IMG/VR virus record: IMGVR_UViG_2061766007_000322
From: an uncultured virus (IMG/VR IMGVR_UViG_2061766007_000322)
Lineage: Duplodnaviria; Heunggongvirae; Uroviricota; Caudoviricetes
Direction: 5' to 3' (one strand)
Length of the DNA stretch: 64,000 nt
In this document: piece after piece, positions 30,905-40,188 of the stretch
Layout of the letters: each line of letters opens with the position of its first letter
How positions within the stretch are numbered: position 1 is the stretch's first letter
Position numbers and translations under genes: made by a program
Notes under the pieces: generated by a model
Told to the model about the DNA's origin: nothing
Databases searched by the model: none
Seen by the model: only the letters and a program-made list of their open reading frames with translations

Positions 30905-31288
30905 TTACATATGATTTTTAGTAGAAAGATCTTCTGTATTTGTATTATCTGTAGGCTCTCCATTAGGATATATCACAGATTTTAATGCGGCAGCTCTTAA
31001 TGCAACATCCTTAACCAAATCTGCATTACCTAAGAGTTTTAAATACATAGCATTTTTATACTCTTCTTCTGTAATAATACCTTTTTCAATAAGAAGTTCG
31101 GCAATAGCATCTACTGAAACCGTATGGATTAATGAACCTAATTCCAAATTATGGACAGCTACATCTGTAGCAATGTCGGGTTCTAATCTTTCTTCAGTTT
31201 CATCATCTATATCTATAGATGATGATTCTATAAGATCATACATTGCAGCCTTGATGTTTTCTGGTACAATATTATTTTTTTCACTCAT
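30905..31288 (-). CDS. Hypothetical protein with SHOCT-like helix pair
   Basis: ELLIEKGIITEEEYK; HNLEL motif. Confidence 0.7.
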   Translation of the reverse strand: MSEKNNIVPENIKAAMYDLIESSSIDIDDETEERLEPDIATDVAVHNLELGSLIHTVSVDAIAELLIEKGIITEEEYKNAMYLKLLGNADLVKDVALRAAALKSVIYPNGEPTDNTNTEDLSTKNHM

Positions 31289-31704
31289 TTTATATCCTCC
31301 ATAAATTTAATAAATTCTTTGTCTGTATCAGTTTCTTCTTTTCCATTATTACATACGAAATAAAAGTCATTTTCTGACCAAAATTTTTTCAAATCAGACT
31401 TATACACCAAAATAACTTTCTTACCACTTTTAGTTGTCATAATATTAAGTGTACGCTGAATTAACGTCGTAAGATCAATGGAAAAGAATAACGCATTATT
31501 TGTAATTTTATTATGACAATTAAAAAATCCAGTATCATATTTATGCGGTACACTGATATTTAAAATCATTATATTTTTATGCTTTTCATGTGGTTTAAAC
31601 GATATTATAGTAATACCATATTTACACATATCCTGAAATAACGATTTTGGGTCTTTAAAACTCACATCATCAATTTCGTTATTTTCAATAACCATATTAA
31701 TCAC
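31285..31704 (-). CDS. Hypothetical protein
   Basis: ORF in operon downstream of the DNA polymerase. Confidence 0.65.
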   Translation of the reverse strand: MINMVIENNEIDDVSFKDPKSLFQDMCKYGITIISFKPHEKHKNIMILNISVPHKYDTGFFNCHNKITNNALFFSIDLTTLIQRTLNIMTTKSGKKVILVYKSDLKKFWSENDFYFVCNNGKEETDTDKEFIKFMEDIK

Positions 31705-31711
31705 CTCTATT

Positions 31712-33934
31712 CTAAAATTTAACTATATTAGTAAGTTTTTCTGTTTTTCTATTAACACCACCACGGGTTTTTCCTTCAAATGTAAATTTACTACTGAACA
31801 ATTCAAGAACAGGCTTGAATGGTGATATAATATTATTCACCATAGTATTTATATCTATATACGGAATAGCCCATTGTGGTATTTTTTCATTAGATGGGAT
31901 TGCCAATACCTGTAAACCACGTTTTTTAATTGTAGTTTTTTTATAATTACAATCTTTTCCAGCATTAATACAATTATCAACAAAAGCATTCCAGTCATTA
32001 GCCGTTTTATCTGCAAAAAGTTTTTTATATTTTTTTGGAATTTTATCAATCCAATTTTTACCACTAACATATCTAATGCTTTCATCATCTACTTTTGTTT
32101 CTACAAATATTCCAGTTTTATCATTAAATATTTTTTCCATTATATATTCATAGATAGTAGGATTTTTATATTTGAGCTCTTCTATATCACTTTCATCAAA
32201 AATATTCATTTTTACAAGACTTACTTTAGATGGAAGTTCTATAGGTTTATCTGGTTCTACTATATTCCAAGCCATTACACCACGTACACTCTGTTCTGAT
32301 GCAGGATTTTTGTATGCGGCAAGTTCTTTAGCTGAACCATTTGGAAGAAACTGAATTTCTCCACTTAAAATACTCTGACGAATTTCTTCTTCAAATTCAC
32401 GAATATCGGAAATCATTCCTTTTAAATCAATCTCTTCAGAATTGATTATTCTATTTTTAATAATACTCATAAACTTCTTTTCAGAGTAATCGCTACATGT
32501 TGCCTTTTTAAAGTCAAAACCTTTAATATCAACTTTATTTGGTTGTAAATAGTTTCCTTCACGAAGGACTTGCCTTGAAATATATCTTTTTTTAGCTTTA
32601 CCTATGACCAGTAAGTCCAAAAAGAATTCATTTTTCATGCTATATTTTGGACGAAACTCTTTTGGTATATTAGAACTTTTACCATAAAATAACATTATCT
32701 GTTCTATTGCCGCTGTTATAACATAAACTATTGTGTTTACAATAATAAATGTGTTATGGTTTTTATCTCTACCAAAAGTTCTTCCTCTAACAACTTCGTC
32801 GAGCAACCAGTTTACAAGAATATCCATAGATAAGAAATTAGAGTCAGTGTCAATAGTTGTAACAACTCTTCTTTTAAAATTTCTTAATCTATATATTCTA
32901 TCAAAAGACATATATCTTGTAAATACATATTTCATGATATAAGTTTTAAATAAATCCAAATCATCTTTAATATTTTCAGGAACGCTATTTGGATTAATAA
33001 AAGCTTTTTCCTGAACATAATGATTATATTCTTTTACACTCATACCATGTAAATCAATACCATCATGACCATTCGACTCAGGAAGAACATCTACTTTTAC
33101 CATTATATTTATGAATATATCCTGAATAATCTGATGATTTTTAATAAATTCTATCATATTATTTTTATAATAAAGAATTGTAATTTCACGTGGTTTTAAA
33201 CTATCTACAAAATCACGTAGCATTTCTTTATCATTACTTTTTATATCAATGATTTTACTGCATAATCTTTCAACGAGAGTTTCTTCATCAATCATATGAA
33301 TAAACTCATCAAGTTCAATATCTTCCGAATCTTTTAACATTACATTTATCCAATGAATACATTCAGAAGAATTTAAAAATGGATAATTATCAGCTAAAAA
33401 GCCTTCAAAGAAATTCTTTGCTGTACTAATAACAGATTGTGCTGATAGTGTAGTGGCAGGACCAGAATATGCACTATAAAAAGCAGAAGATGGTGCACCG
33501 CTTGCACCATAATAAGAGTTTGCATTTATCTTCCAGTTTCCTTGTTGTCTATCCTTATCTTTATATTCTCTTGACTCAGGATCATCTATTTTAAACATTT
33601 CTTTTTTAACTTTTTTTCTTGTAGTTAAAAAGAAATTAAGCATGTCTGCAATAGGATTTTCTGCTTCATACTGGTTTTGATAAAATGTACCATTACCAGC
33701 AATAATAGGTTCTCTTTCAAGAACCCAGTCAAACACACTTAAAAGAGAACGTTCACTTTTTTCTCCAGTATAGTTATTATCAAGAGTAACCTCTGGATTT
33801 TTACATCTCTCTTTAATCATATTATCAATAACTTTTTCAATTTTATCTTCATCCCAATTTGGATTCATACGCTTCATATTTTCAAGCATTTCTTTTTTAT
33901 AAGTTTGAATATATTTACTGTCTAATACTGACAT
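31712..33934 (-). CDS. Family B DNA polymerase, C-terminal (fingers/palm/thumb) subunit of a split enzyme
   Basis: KINANSYYG (motif B), IDTDS (motif C), KKRY and KGFDFKK; no exonuclease domain or motif A visible. Confidence 0.88.
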   Translation of the reverse strand: MSVLDSKYIQTYKKEMLENMKRMNPNWDEDKIEKVIDNMIKERCKNPEVTLDNNYTGEKSERSLLSVFDWVLEREPIIAGNGTFYQNQYEAENPIADMLNFFLTTRKKVKKEMFKIDDPESREYKDKDRQQGNWKINANSYYGASGAPSSAFYSAYSGPATTLSAQSVISTAKNFFEGFLADNYPFLNSSECIHWINVMLKDSEDIELDEFIHMIDEETLVERLCSKIIDIKSNDKEMLRDFVDSLKPREITILYYKNNMIEFIKNHQIIQDIFINIMVKVDVLPESNGHDGIDLHGMSVKEYNHYVQEKAFINPNSVPENIKDDLDLFKTYIMKYVFTRYMSFDRIYRLRNFKRRVVTTIDTDSNFLSMDILVNWLLDEVVRGRTFGRDKNHNTFIIVNTIVYVITAAIEQIMLFYGKSSNIPKEFRPKYSMKNEFFLDLLVIGKAKKRYISRQVLREGNYLQPNKVDIKGFDFKKATCSDYSEKKFMSIIKNRIINSEEIDLKGMISDIREFEEEIRQSILSGEIQFLPNGSAKELAAYKNPASEQSVRGVMAWNIVEPDKPIELPSKVSLVKMNIFDESDIEELKYKNPTIYEYIMEKIFNDKTGIFVETKVDDESIRYVSGKNWIDKIPKKYKKLFADKTANDWNAFVDNCINAGKDCNYKKTTIKKRGLQVLAIPSNEKIPQWAIPYIDINTMVNNIISPFKPVLELFSSKFTFEGKTRGGVNRKTEKLTNIVKF

Positions 33935-34088
33935 TTATACATCACTCTTTCTATTTTGTGTTATTCATCTGTATCAAACATTATGAATATTCAAATGAAT
34001 AAGAATTACAATATAATAAAAACTTCAAAGATAAAACTCTTTTATTTTATATTAATTTTTTAGTTTCAAAGAAAGGTGGTTAACTAAA

Positions 34089-34919
34089 ATGAGTTTTGCT
34101 GATTTATTAAATATGCCGCTTCCTTCAAAGGTATATACAGAAAATAGTGATGAGCCTGGTGATAACCTTAGCACAGAAGAATTTTCTAACACATCATCTA
34201 ATTCAATGAATTTTAATCCAGTTGATTCTAAAACAACAGGTTCTGTGCAGGAGTCTGATGAAGATGAAAGTGAGCTTGATGCTGCTGATTTAGAAGGCTT
34301 TGAGGATGACCTCGATGATATCGATCTGTCAGAATTATCTGATGAAGAACTTTCTAAGCTTGAAGAGGATATTTCTGATTCAGATATTGACGATATTGTC
34401 GGTGATGAACCGGAGGTTTCTCTTAGTCCTGAAGAGGAAAGAGAAGCTGATGATATGATGGGCGTTGCTGCTACAACAGAACTTATTAAGTCTGAACTTT
34501 CCGCTGAAGATCAGCAGAAGTTCTATGAGTCTGTAGATGCAAAGATCGCCGTTTTTGAGAACCTGCTTATGGAATCCGATCTTTATAACAGAAGTGGAGA
34601 TGTTGTTACCGAGGGTACAAGAAGAATCTTCCAGAAGACCAGAGTTCAGTTCTCTAAGAAGGATAGACTGGCTCAACTCTTTGCTGTTGCAGTTAATGTA
34701 TCCGCTAAGGCTCACAATGATCCGTTGTATACTAAGTATCAGAAAATTCTTAGAATCAGAAGAATTACAAGAGCTAAACTTCGTAAGAAGTATCGTAGTG
34801 AAGCAATCCGCCGTATGAAGGTTTATTACCAGAGACTTAAGAATAGTAAGTCTCCTGTACTTAACAAGGTTGCTAAGAGTGTTGCTCCCAGTGTAACTGG
34901 TACACCCGATAAAAAGTAA
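34089..34919 (+). CDS. Probable virion protein with acidic N-terminal propeptide and basic C-terminal domain
   Basis: D/E-rich first half; YTEN/VQES/FYES/LMES/VTEG motifs; TACA-N6-TA at 34007-34018. Confidence 0.55.
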   Translation: MSFADLLNMPLPSKVYTENSDEPGDNLSTEEFSNTSSNSMNFNPVDSKTTGSVQESDEDESELDAADLEGFEDDLDDIDLSELSDEELSKLEEDISDSDIDDIVGDEPEVSLSPEEEREADDMMGVAATTELIKSELSAEDQQKFYESVDAKIAVFENLLMESDLYNRSGDVVTEGTRRIFQKTRVQFSKKDRLAQLFAVAVNVSAKAHNDPLYTKYQKILRIRRITRAKLRKKYRSEAIRRMKVYYQRLKNSKSPVLNKVAKSVAPSVTGTPDKK

Positions 34920-34944
34920 TAAAATTGAATATTGTGAGAATAAA

Positions 34945-34985
34945 TATAGAGTGGAGTAGTGTGTATCACTACTCCACTCTATATT
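34945..34985 (+). terminator. Terminator-like hairpin
   Basis: TATAGAGTGGAGTAGTG/CACTACTCCACTCTATA stem. Confidence 0.7.
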
Positions 34986-35075
34986 AATATATAAAAAGAA
35001 AGGCTAAAAAATGAATCTTTTTTAAAATACTGTATCTAATTATATTTTTAAAAGCGTAGATTAGTAACCTCCATT

Positions 35076-35085
35076 TATATATTAT
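35076..35085 (+). promoter_or_regulatory. Early-type promoter motif
   Basis: TATATATTAT. Confidence 0.65.
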
Positions 35086-35134
35086 TTTTACAGTAAAGCC
35101 ATAAAGAAAATAATAAAAAAAAGGAGGTTATATT

Positions 35135-35590
35135 ATGGCTATTAACATTAAGGATGAATTGATTAAGGGTAGTATCGCCATGGGTACAACAGTCCTTGGT
35201 GGTGCTATATCCGCCATTATTGCGGCAGCAATTAATAAACGTTCTAACCGTGATGAAAAGATTATGGATCTTGCAAAGGCAAAAGCCCTTATTCAGAAAC
35301 TCGAGGGAGTTCAAGACTTAAGTACAAAACAGTCTGTAGAACTTGCTCGTGCAATGAAAAGTGTGCTGATAAATGATGTTGAACAGATCAAAATTTCTGT
35401 AATATCTGCAATCATTATTAGCCCTTGTCAGGACAAAGACAATGCGATCTGTGATGTTGAGCATAGACTTATAGTTCGCGGTCCTGTAACACGCAATACC
35501 ATAAGTGCTCAGAAAACTTGGCTCAAAAATGAACTGGAAGGGCTCAACAGAGCATACGGAATCTCTGTTGCGGCAATTACAAGCATCTGA
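35135..35590 (+). CDS. Early membrane-anchored protein (151 aa)
   Basis: AGGAGG RBS; hydrophobic N-terminal helix. Confidence 0.7.
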   Translation: MAINIKDELIKGSIAMGTTVLGGAISAIIAAAINKRSNRDEKIMDLAKAKALIQKLEGVQDLSTKQSVELARAMKSVLINDVEQIKISVISAIIISPCQDKDNAICDVEHRLIVRGPVTRNTISAQKTWLKNELEGLNRAYGISVAAITSI

Positions 35591-35690
35591 ACAAAGAATG
35601 TGCATATACAGCGGGTACAACAAACAACAGCACACCCGCTGTATCACTTGCACAATATGATAATAATTTTTTTTGAAAGGATGATATAAT

Positions 35691-36194
35691 ATGTCCAGAG
35701 AATTTGCTACGTCAGAAATTATTAGACAGAAGTGTTCTATCTGTGGATCAAAAAATAAGATGTATACAGAATTTAATTACAAAGGTGTTCACTATGGTTA
35801 TCAGTTAACCTGTTGTAATTGTGGTCATGTAGACCAGTTCATGGATGCATATAAGTCCCCTGCAGGTATTGTTATGGGTTCATTCTCAAGAGGAAAAGAA
35901 GTTTGTATTCGTTTTCAGGATTGTACACACTCAGAATGTCCTTACTATAATAAGGGCTCTATTTGGGATGCTGCTACAACAATAGATGATGCATTTAAGA
36001 ATCAGATAGATGGCTCTCTTAATACTTGTGATAATAAATGTAGTACTTGCTCAAGAAAGAATACATGTACAAAATGTAGTGCTGATACACGAACTATAAC
36101 CTTAGGTAATACTGATTATGTTATTAGAAATTTAAATAATGTCCAACTTGATATTAATGCTTGTGAATCTTCTTCTAATCCTAAATTTCATTAA
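35691..36194 (+). CDS. Cysteine-rich zinc-binding protein (167 aa)
   Basis: CSIC...CCNC zinc ribbon plus two further Cys clusters. Confidence 0.7.
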   Translation: MSREFATSEIIRQKCSICGSKNKMYTEFNYKGVHYGYQLTCCNCGHVDQFMDAYKSPAGIVMGSFSRGKEVCIRFQDCTHSECPYYNKGSIWDAATTIDDAFKNQIDGSLNTCDNKCSTCSRKNTCTKCSADTRTITLGNTDYVIRNLNNVQLDINACESSSNPKFH

Positions 36195-36217
36195 AAAATT
36201 AATTAAAAAGAAGAAAG

Positions 36218-37027
36218 GTGGATGATATAATCATGTATCCAGTTGATGAAAGTACAAATGATGAGATTATGTTATCAGAAATTCCGTTAAATATAATTGA
36301 GGAATCAATTAAATCCCAATTTAATAATCCAGAAACTTACCGAAAAAATGATTATGTACAAAAATTTTTAAAGAAATACAATTATTCACTTGATAATTTA
36401 AGAGATGATGAAGAAGAAGATATTTATGAACTGCATGATAGATTTATCTTATTTATCAAGAATATCTTTTATGATAGACTGAATATTGGGTTTCCTGAGA
36501 TTGAAGATTATCCAGAAGATGAGCAGCATAATCTTATACATTTAACATATAAATTTTTTATAAATAATATTAAAAAGAATTTTGTAAATTTTATTTATAA
36601 TATATTGGATACAGATAAAGACATTGTTACTCAAGTGTGTGAAAAAAAGAAAGACGTAATATCATTAAATTTTAAAAATGAGATTGATAACGATTATGAT
36701 ATCTTAGTATTATCTAATCTTAGTAAAATTATAGATTTCATATTAAGTCAGTCTTATACAGTAGATGATTTCTTTAAAAATTGTGAACCTGATTCATTAT
36801 CAGTAGAATATGATTTTGTAAAAGAAAATTTTGAGAATTTCACACTGACGGGAAATTTTGTTTCAAATTATATTGCCATGTTAGATGAATCATTTAAAAT
36901 AGAGATAGAAGGAAAGATTCGGTCTAAAATCTTAAAGAAATATCCTAAAAGAAAAAGACCAGAATTAAAGAAAATAGATGATACAGAATTAGATATTTAT
37001 GACGATGATGATACATCATTCGAATAA
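36218..37027 (+). CDS. Hypothetical acidic helical protein
   Basis: Long ORF; start (GTG 36218 or ATG 36233) uncertain. Confidence 0.7.
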   Translation: MDDIIMYPVDESTNDEIMLSEIPLNIIEESIKSQFNNPETYRKNDYVQKFLKKYNYSLDNLRDDEEEDIYELHDRFILFIKNIFYDRLNIGFPEIEDYPEDEQHNLIHLTYKFFINNIKKNFVNFIYNILDTDKDIVTQVCEKKKDVISLNFKNEIDNDYDILVLSNLSKIIDFILSQSYTVDDFFKNCEPDSLSVEYDFVKENFENFTLTGNFVSNYIAMLDESFKIEIEGKIRSKILKKYPKRKRPELKKIDDTELDIYDDDDTSFE

Positions 37028-37029
37028 AT

Positions 37030-37067
37030 TATATATTATTTTTTTGGTAATATAAAACAATTAATTA
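37030..37067 (+). promoter_or_regulatory. Tandem early-type (37030-37039) and late-type (37056-37067) promoters
   Basis: TATATATTAT then AACAATTAATTA. Confidence 0.6.
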
Positions 37068-37099
37068 CCAAAAATAAATTTATTTAAGGAGACGATAAA

Positions 37100-37795
37100 A
37101 TGTTTTTCGGAAGACAAACAAGACAAGAAATTTCGTTGAACACATCCTTCTTCACATCATACAGTGAAACCTGCTTACTTCAGGTTGGAGGATGGAACAA
37201 ACAATTATCTATCAGCTTTAAACCGTGTACTGGCACCGATGCTAACGGTATAAGAACATATGCTGAAGATAAATCACAGTATGTTATTACTTCTCTTACA
37301 GCAGATAATGCTATTGCCATGATTGAAGGATTTGAAAAATATATTCTTCCTGCAATTAAATCTGGTGATGAAGCATCTATATCCGTTGTAATGGGAGGAA
37401 ATGAACAGAGAAAGGTTATAACACTCAAATATGACGGCACAGATGCTTATATCTCAGTAAGTACTGGTCTTAATGAATCTGGTGTGTCAACGAATACTAT
37501 TACTCATAAGTTCAATAAAAAGAACTATCTCGTTGGGTATAAACCGACAACAGGTGACTATACTGAAGAATCAACCGAATCCGAGCTGCTTATTTTTATG
37601 AATAAAGTTAGAAAAGTCGATGATCTCGTACCTGTTCAGGCTCATGCAAGAAGATATTATGATATGACACATCCTGTTCCGCAACAGCAAACTGGCTATA
37701 ACAATCAAAGACCACAGACACAGAATATAGGAAATTCTTATCAGGCACCTACAACAACATCAGAACCTGATATGCCGTTTCTCCCGTTTGATTAA
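37100..37795 (+). CDS. Putative single-stranded DNA-binding protein
   Basis: Beta-rich core, Q/N/T-rich linker and acidic PF-type tail (EPDMPFLPFD) as in SSBs. Confidence 0.45.
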   Translation: MFFGRQTRQEISLNTSFFTSYSETCLLQVGGWNKQLSISFKPCTGTDANGIRTYAEDKSQYVITSLTADNAIAMIEGFEKYILPAIKSGDEASISVVMGGNEQRKVITLKYDGTDAYISVSTGLNESGVSTNTITHKFNKKNYLVGYKPTTGDYTEESTESELLIFMNKVRKVDDLVPVQAHARRYYDMTHPVPQQQTGYNNQRPQTQNIGNSYQAPTTTSEPDMPFLPFD

Positions 37796-37818
37796 CTATT
37801 AACAATTAAAACTTAAAT

Positions 37819-37861
37819 AAAACCCGTGTGGATTCAATATGAATTCCACACGGGTTTTTTT
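37819..37861. terminator. Bidirectional terminator
   Basis: AAAACCCGTGTGGA/TCCACACGGGTTTT stem. Confidence 0.8.
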
Positions 37862-37862
37862 A

Positions 37863-39302
37863 TTAATTTAACAATTCTTCTGAAAGTGTCATAAACTTTG
37901 TAAGAGCTTCTTCACAACTTATTTCACCATTTTCTAAGGCTATAAGTGTATTATTAGCATCATTTCTCATATTAAAAATTTTATCATCCTTTAAATCAAC
38001 TTCTTCCGCATTTTCACCAATAGTTGTATAGGTATATGCTGGGAATAATTTTGCAATATAATCACTTCTACCATTAAATAATTCTGACAAACATTTTCTA
38101 CAAAATATTGTAAATATAAACTTATTATTCTCACTACAATTGATAAATCCATCATATGTCTTACGTAACTCATCCAATTCTTTTTTAAGTTCGGCAACAA
38201 TTTCAGGAGGATAATTACCGGAATTAATTTCATTTTCAATAAGTTTAAGGTTTCCATAAATACGTGTATCTGTTGAACCATGGTCACCTATGGCTGTATT
38301 AATAAGTTCCCTTTGGGCAAGAGCAATATCCGTTAAAACTTTATTAATAGGATTTTTGACTGTATTTATACGAAGATTAGCATTTTCATATTTTATTAAC
38401 GCTTTAGAAAGTTCATTACCATATCCATAAAATACAGCAAATGAATCTGCAGTTTCTTCAGTTTTTCTTGTAAAGAAAGTTTTTACTTGATATACTGGGC
38501 TAAAAAGTATAAAAACAGGAACTCTTGTAATCATTGTAACTGGTGCTAAAACTTTTTCAACATTCCTCATCCAAAAACTATATAAAGTTCTAATATTATT
38601 CATAAATCTTTTTAATGCTGGAATTAAATCTTTGACCCTTTCAATAAATTTATCTAAAATACCAATAGCGGCATGACCAATTGGTGTTTGAGCTAATAAA
38701 TTTATAACAGCCTGGAAATTAACTTTATATTGAACCTGATACATTCCACCAATATCCGTATATATCGGAATAATAATATTAGCAATATTTGAAATAAGTC
38801 CCCAAGCAAGTTTAATAAGCATATACGGAGACATATCAAAATTATGACCAATCTCATGAAGAAGTAATGCTGTATATTCTGAACCGGTCATTTTAAGTTT
38901 TGATGCTGCATTCACATCCGCATTAATATAAACAATTAAATTATGATTATTATCATAAAAACCATTTTTTGTGGAATTATATTTAACAGAATTATCTACG
39001 AGAGCACCAAAACTTGTAATCGTAAAAGCATTGCTCATAGCTTCAGAATATCTTTTCCATGTAATATAAACTGATTTAAATCCAAACTGCTTTTTAAGAA
39101 GGTCACATAATTGCATATTTTCTCTTGAATTTGTAAAATCTTTTTCTGGCATTTTACGCATTTGATCACTCATTATATCCAAAAGATTATTTATCTTTAT
39201 GAGTGTTTCAGTTCTACCAGAATATGCTTCGCTATATAATTTGGTTACTTCAGATAAATATTCATCTAAACATTTCTCTACATTTATAATATCATTATTC
39301 AT
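37863..39302 (-). CDS. Zinc metallopeptidase (M48-like)
   Basis: LLHEIGH, EETADSFA...GYG..L..AL.K and HGSTDTRI motifs. Confidence 0.75.
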   Translation of the reverse strand: MNNDIINVEKCLDEYLSEVTKLYSEAYSGRTETLIKINNLLDIMSDQMRKMPEKDFTNSRENMQLCDLLKKQFGFKSVYITWKRYSEAMSNAFTITSFGALVDNSVKYNSTKNGFYDNNHNLIVYINADVNAASKLKMTGSEYTALLLHEIGHNFDMSPYMLIKLAWGLISNIANIIIPIYTDIGGMYQVQYKVNFQAVINLLAQTPIGHAAIGILDKFIERVKDLIPALKRFMNNIRTLYSFWMRNVEKVLAPVTMITRVPVFILFSPVYQVKTFFTRKTEETADSFAVFYGYGNELSKALIKYENANLRINTVKNPINKVLTDIALAQRELINTAIGDHGSTDTRIYGNLKLIENEINSGNYPPEIVAELKKELDELRKTYDGFINCSENNKFIFTIFCRKCLSELFNGRSDYIAKLFPAYTYTTIGENAEEVDLKDDKIFNMRNDANNTLIALENGEISCEEALTKFMTLSEELLN

Positions 39303-39406
39303 ATTTTATCACACCTTTTTTATATTTTTAATTTATAAAACTGTATTTATAGTTAGTAATCTTATCTGGGACTTTATATTAATTTTAATAAAAAGAGGTA
39401 ATTATA

Positions 39407-40108
39407 ATGGAAAAAAAAGTATTTAGAACTATCGATAATTTTTTTTATAATTCAGAGTGTTTATTTATAGAATATCATGATATTCTTAATATACCATGGC
39501 TATCTCTTCTTGCATTAATAAAACAATCAAAGATGATAAAAGAATTATTTAACTTAGAAGAAATTGAACATTATAATTTTGATGCGTTATTTGAATGGTA
39601 TAAATATAGGATGCATAGAAATATTTTTGATGAGTTTAAAGCGTGTAAAGAGATTGATAATGATATATTTTTAAATTCATTAATGACGGCATCTAATGCT
39701 AACTATTTTCATAGTTTAAATATAGAAATGCCGTTTTTTAATGCAACAAAAACCATATTAAGTTCTGGGTTTGTTAAAAGAATTGTAGTTTATACAGAAA
39801 ATGAAGAGCCCGGTGTTATGGATTTTATTAAATCAAATTTAAGCATAAATTCTGTAGAATATATGTTTGGAGATTTAACAGAATGCCTTAAAAAAATTCC
39901 AATAGATTCAACCTATGTATTTTCTGATATAATGAAAATAAACAATCTTATCGAAAATGACCATATAAATTATTCATCATTTATAATAGCAAGAGACTTA
40001 AGATATAATTATAAAGAAGATGATAAAACAAAATTAAAAATCGATATTGAAAGCCTTTCAGAGAATTATGTATTCAAACCGGCATTCTTTAATACATTTC
40101 CAAATTAA
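39407..40108 (+). CDS. Hypothetical protein, possibly a degenerate HAD-like fold
   Basis: LFIEYHDIL start and YVFSD motif; weak resemblance only. Confidence 0.5.
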   Translation: MEKKVFRTIDNFFYNSECLFIEYHDILNIPWLSLLALIKQSKMIKELFNLEEIEHYNFDALFEWYKYRMHRNIFDEFKACKEIDNDIFLNSLMTASNANYFHSLNIEMPFFNATKTILSSGFVKRIVVYTENEEPGVMDFIKSNLSINSVEYMFGDLTECLKKIPIDSTYVFSDIMKINNLIENDHINYSSFIIARDLRYNYKEDDKTKLKIDIESLSENYVFKPAFFNTFPN

Positions 40109-40137
40109 TCCAGTATTTTATTCTTTATAATAGTGAA

Positions 40138-40149
40138 AACAGAAACTTA
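40138..40149 (+). promoter_or_regulatory. Late-type promoter AACA-N6-TA
   Basis: AACAGAAACTTA upstream of the chaperonin. Confidence 0.55.
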
Positions 40150-40188
40150 ATTTCAAAACTTAAATTAATTTGAGAGGAGACAGAATAT

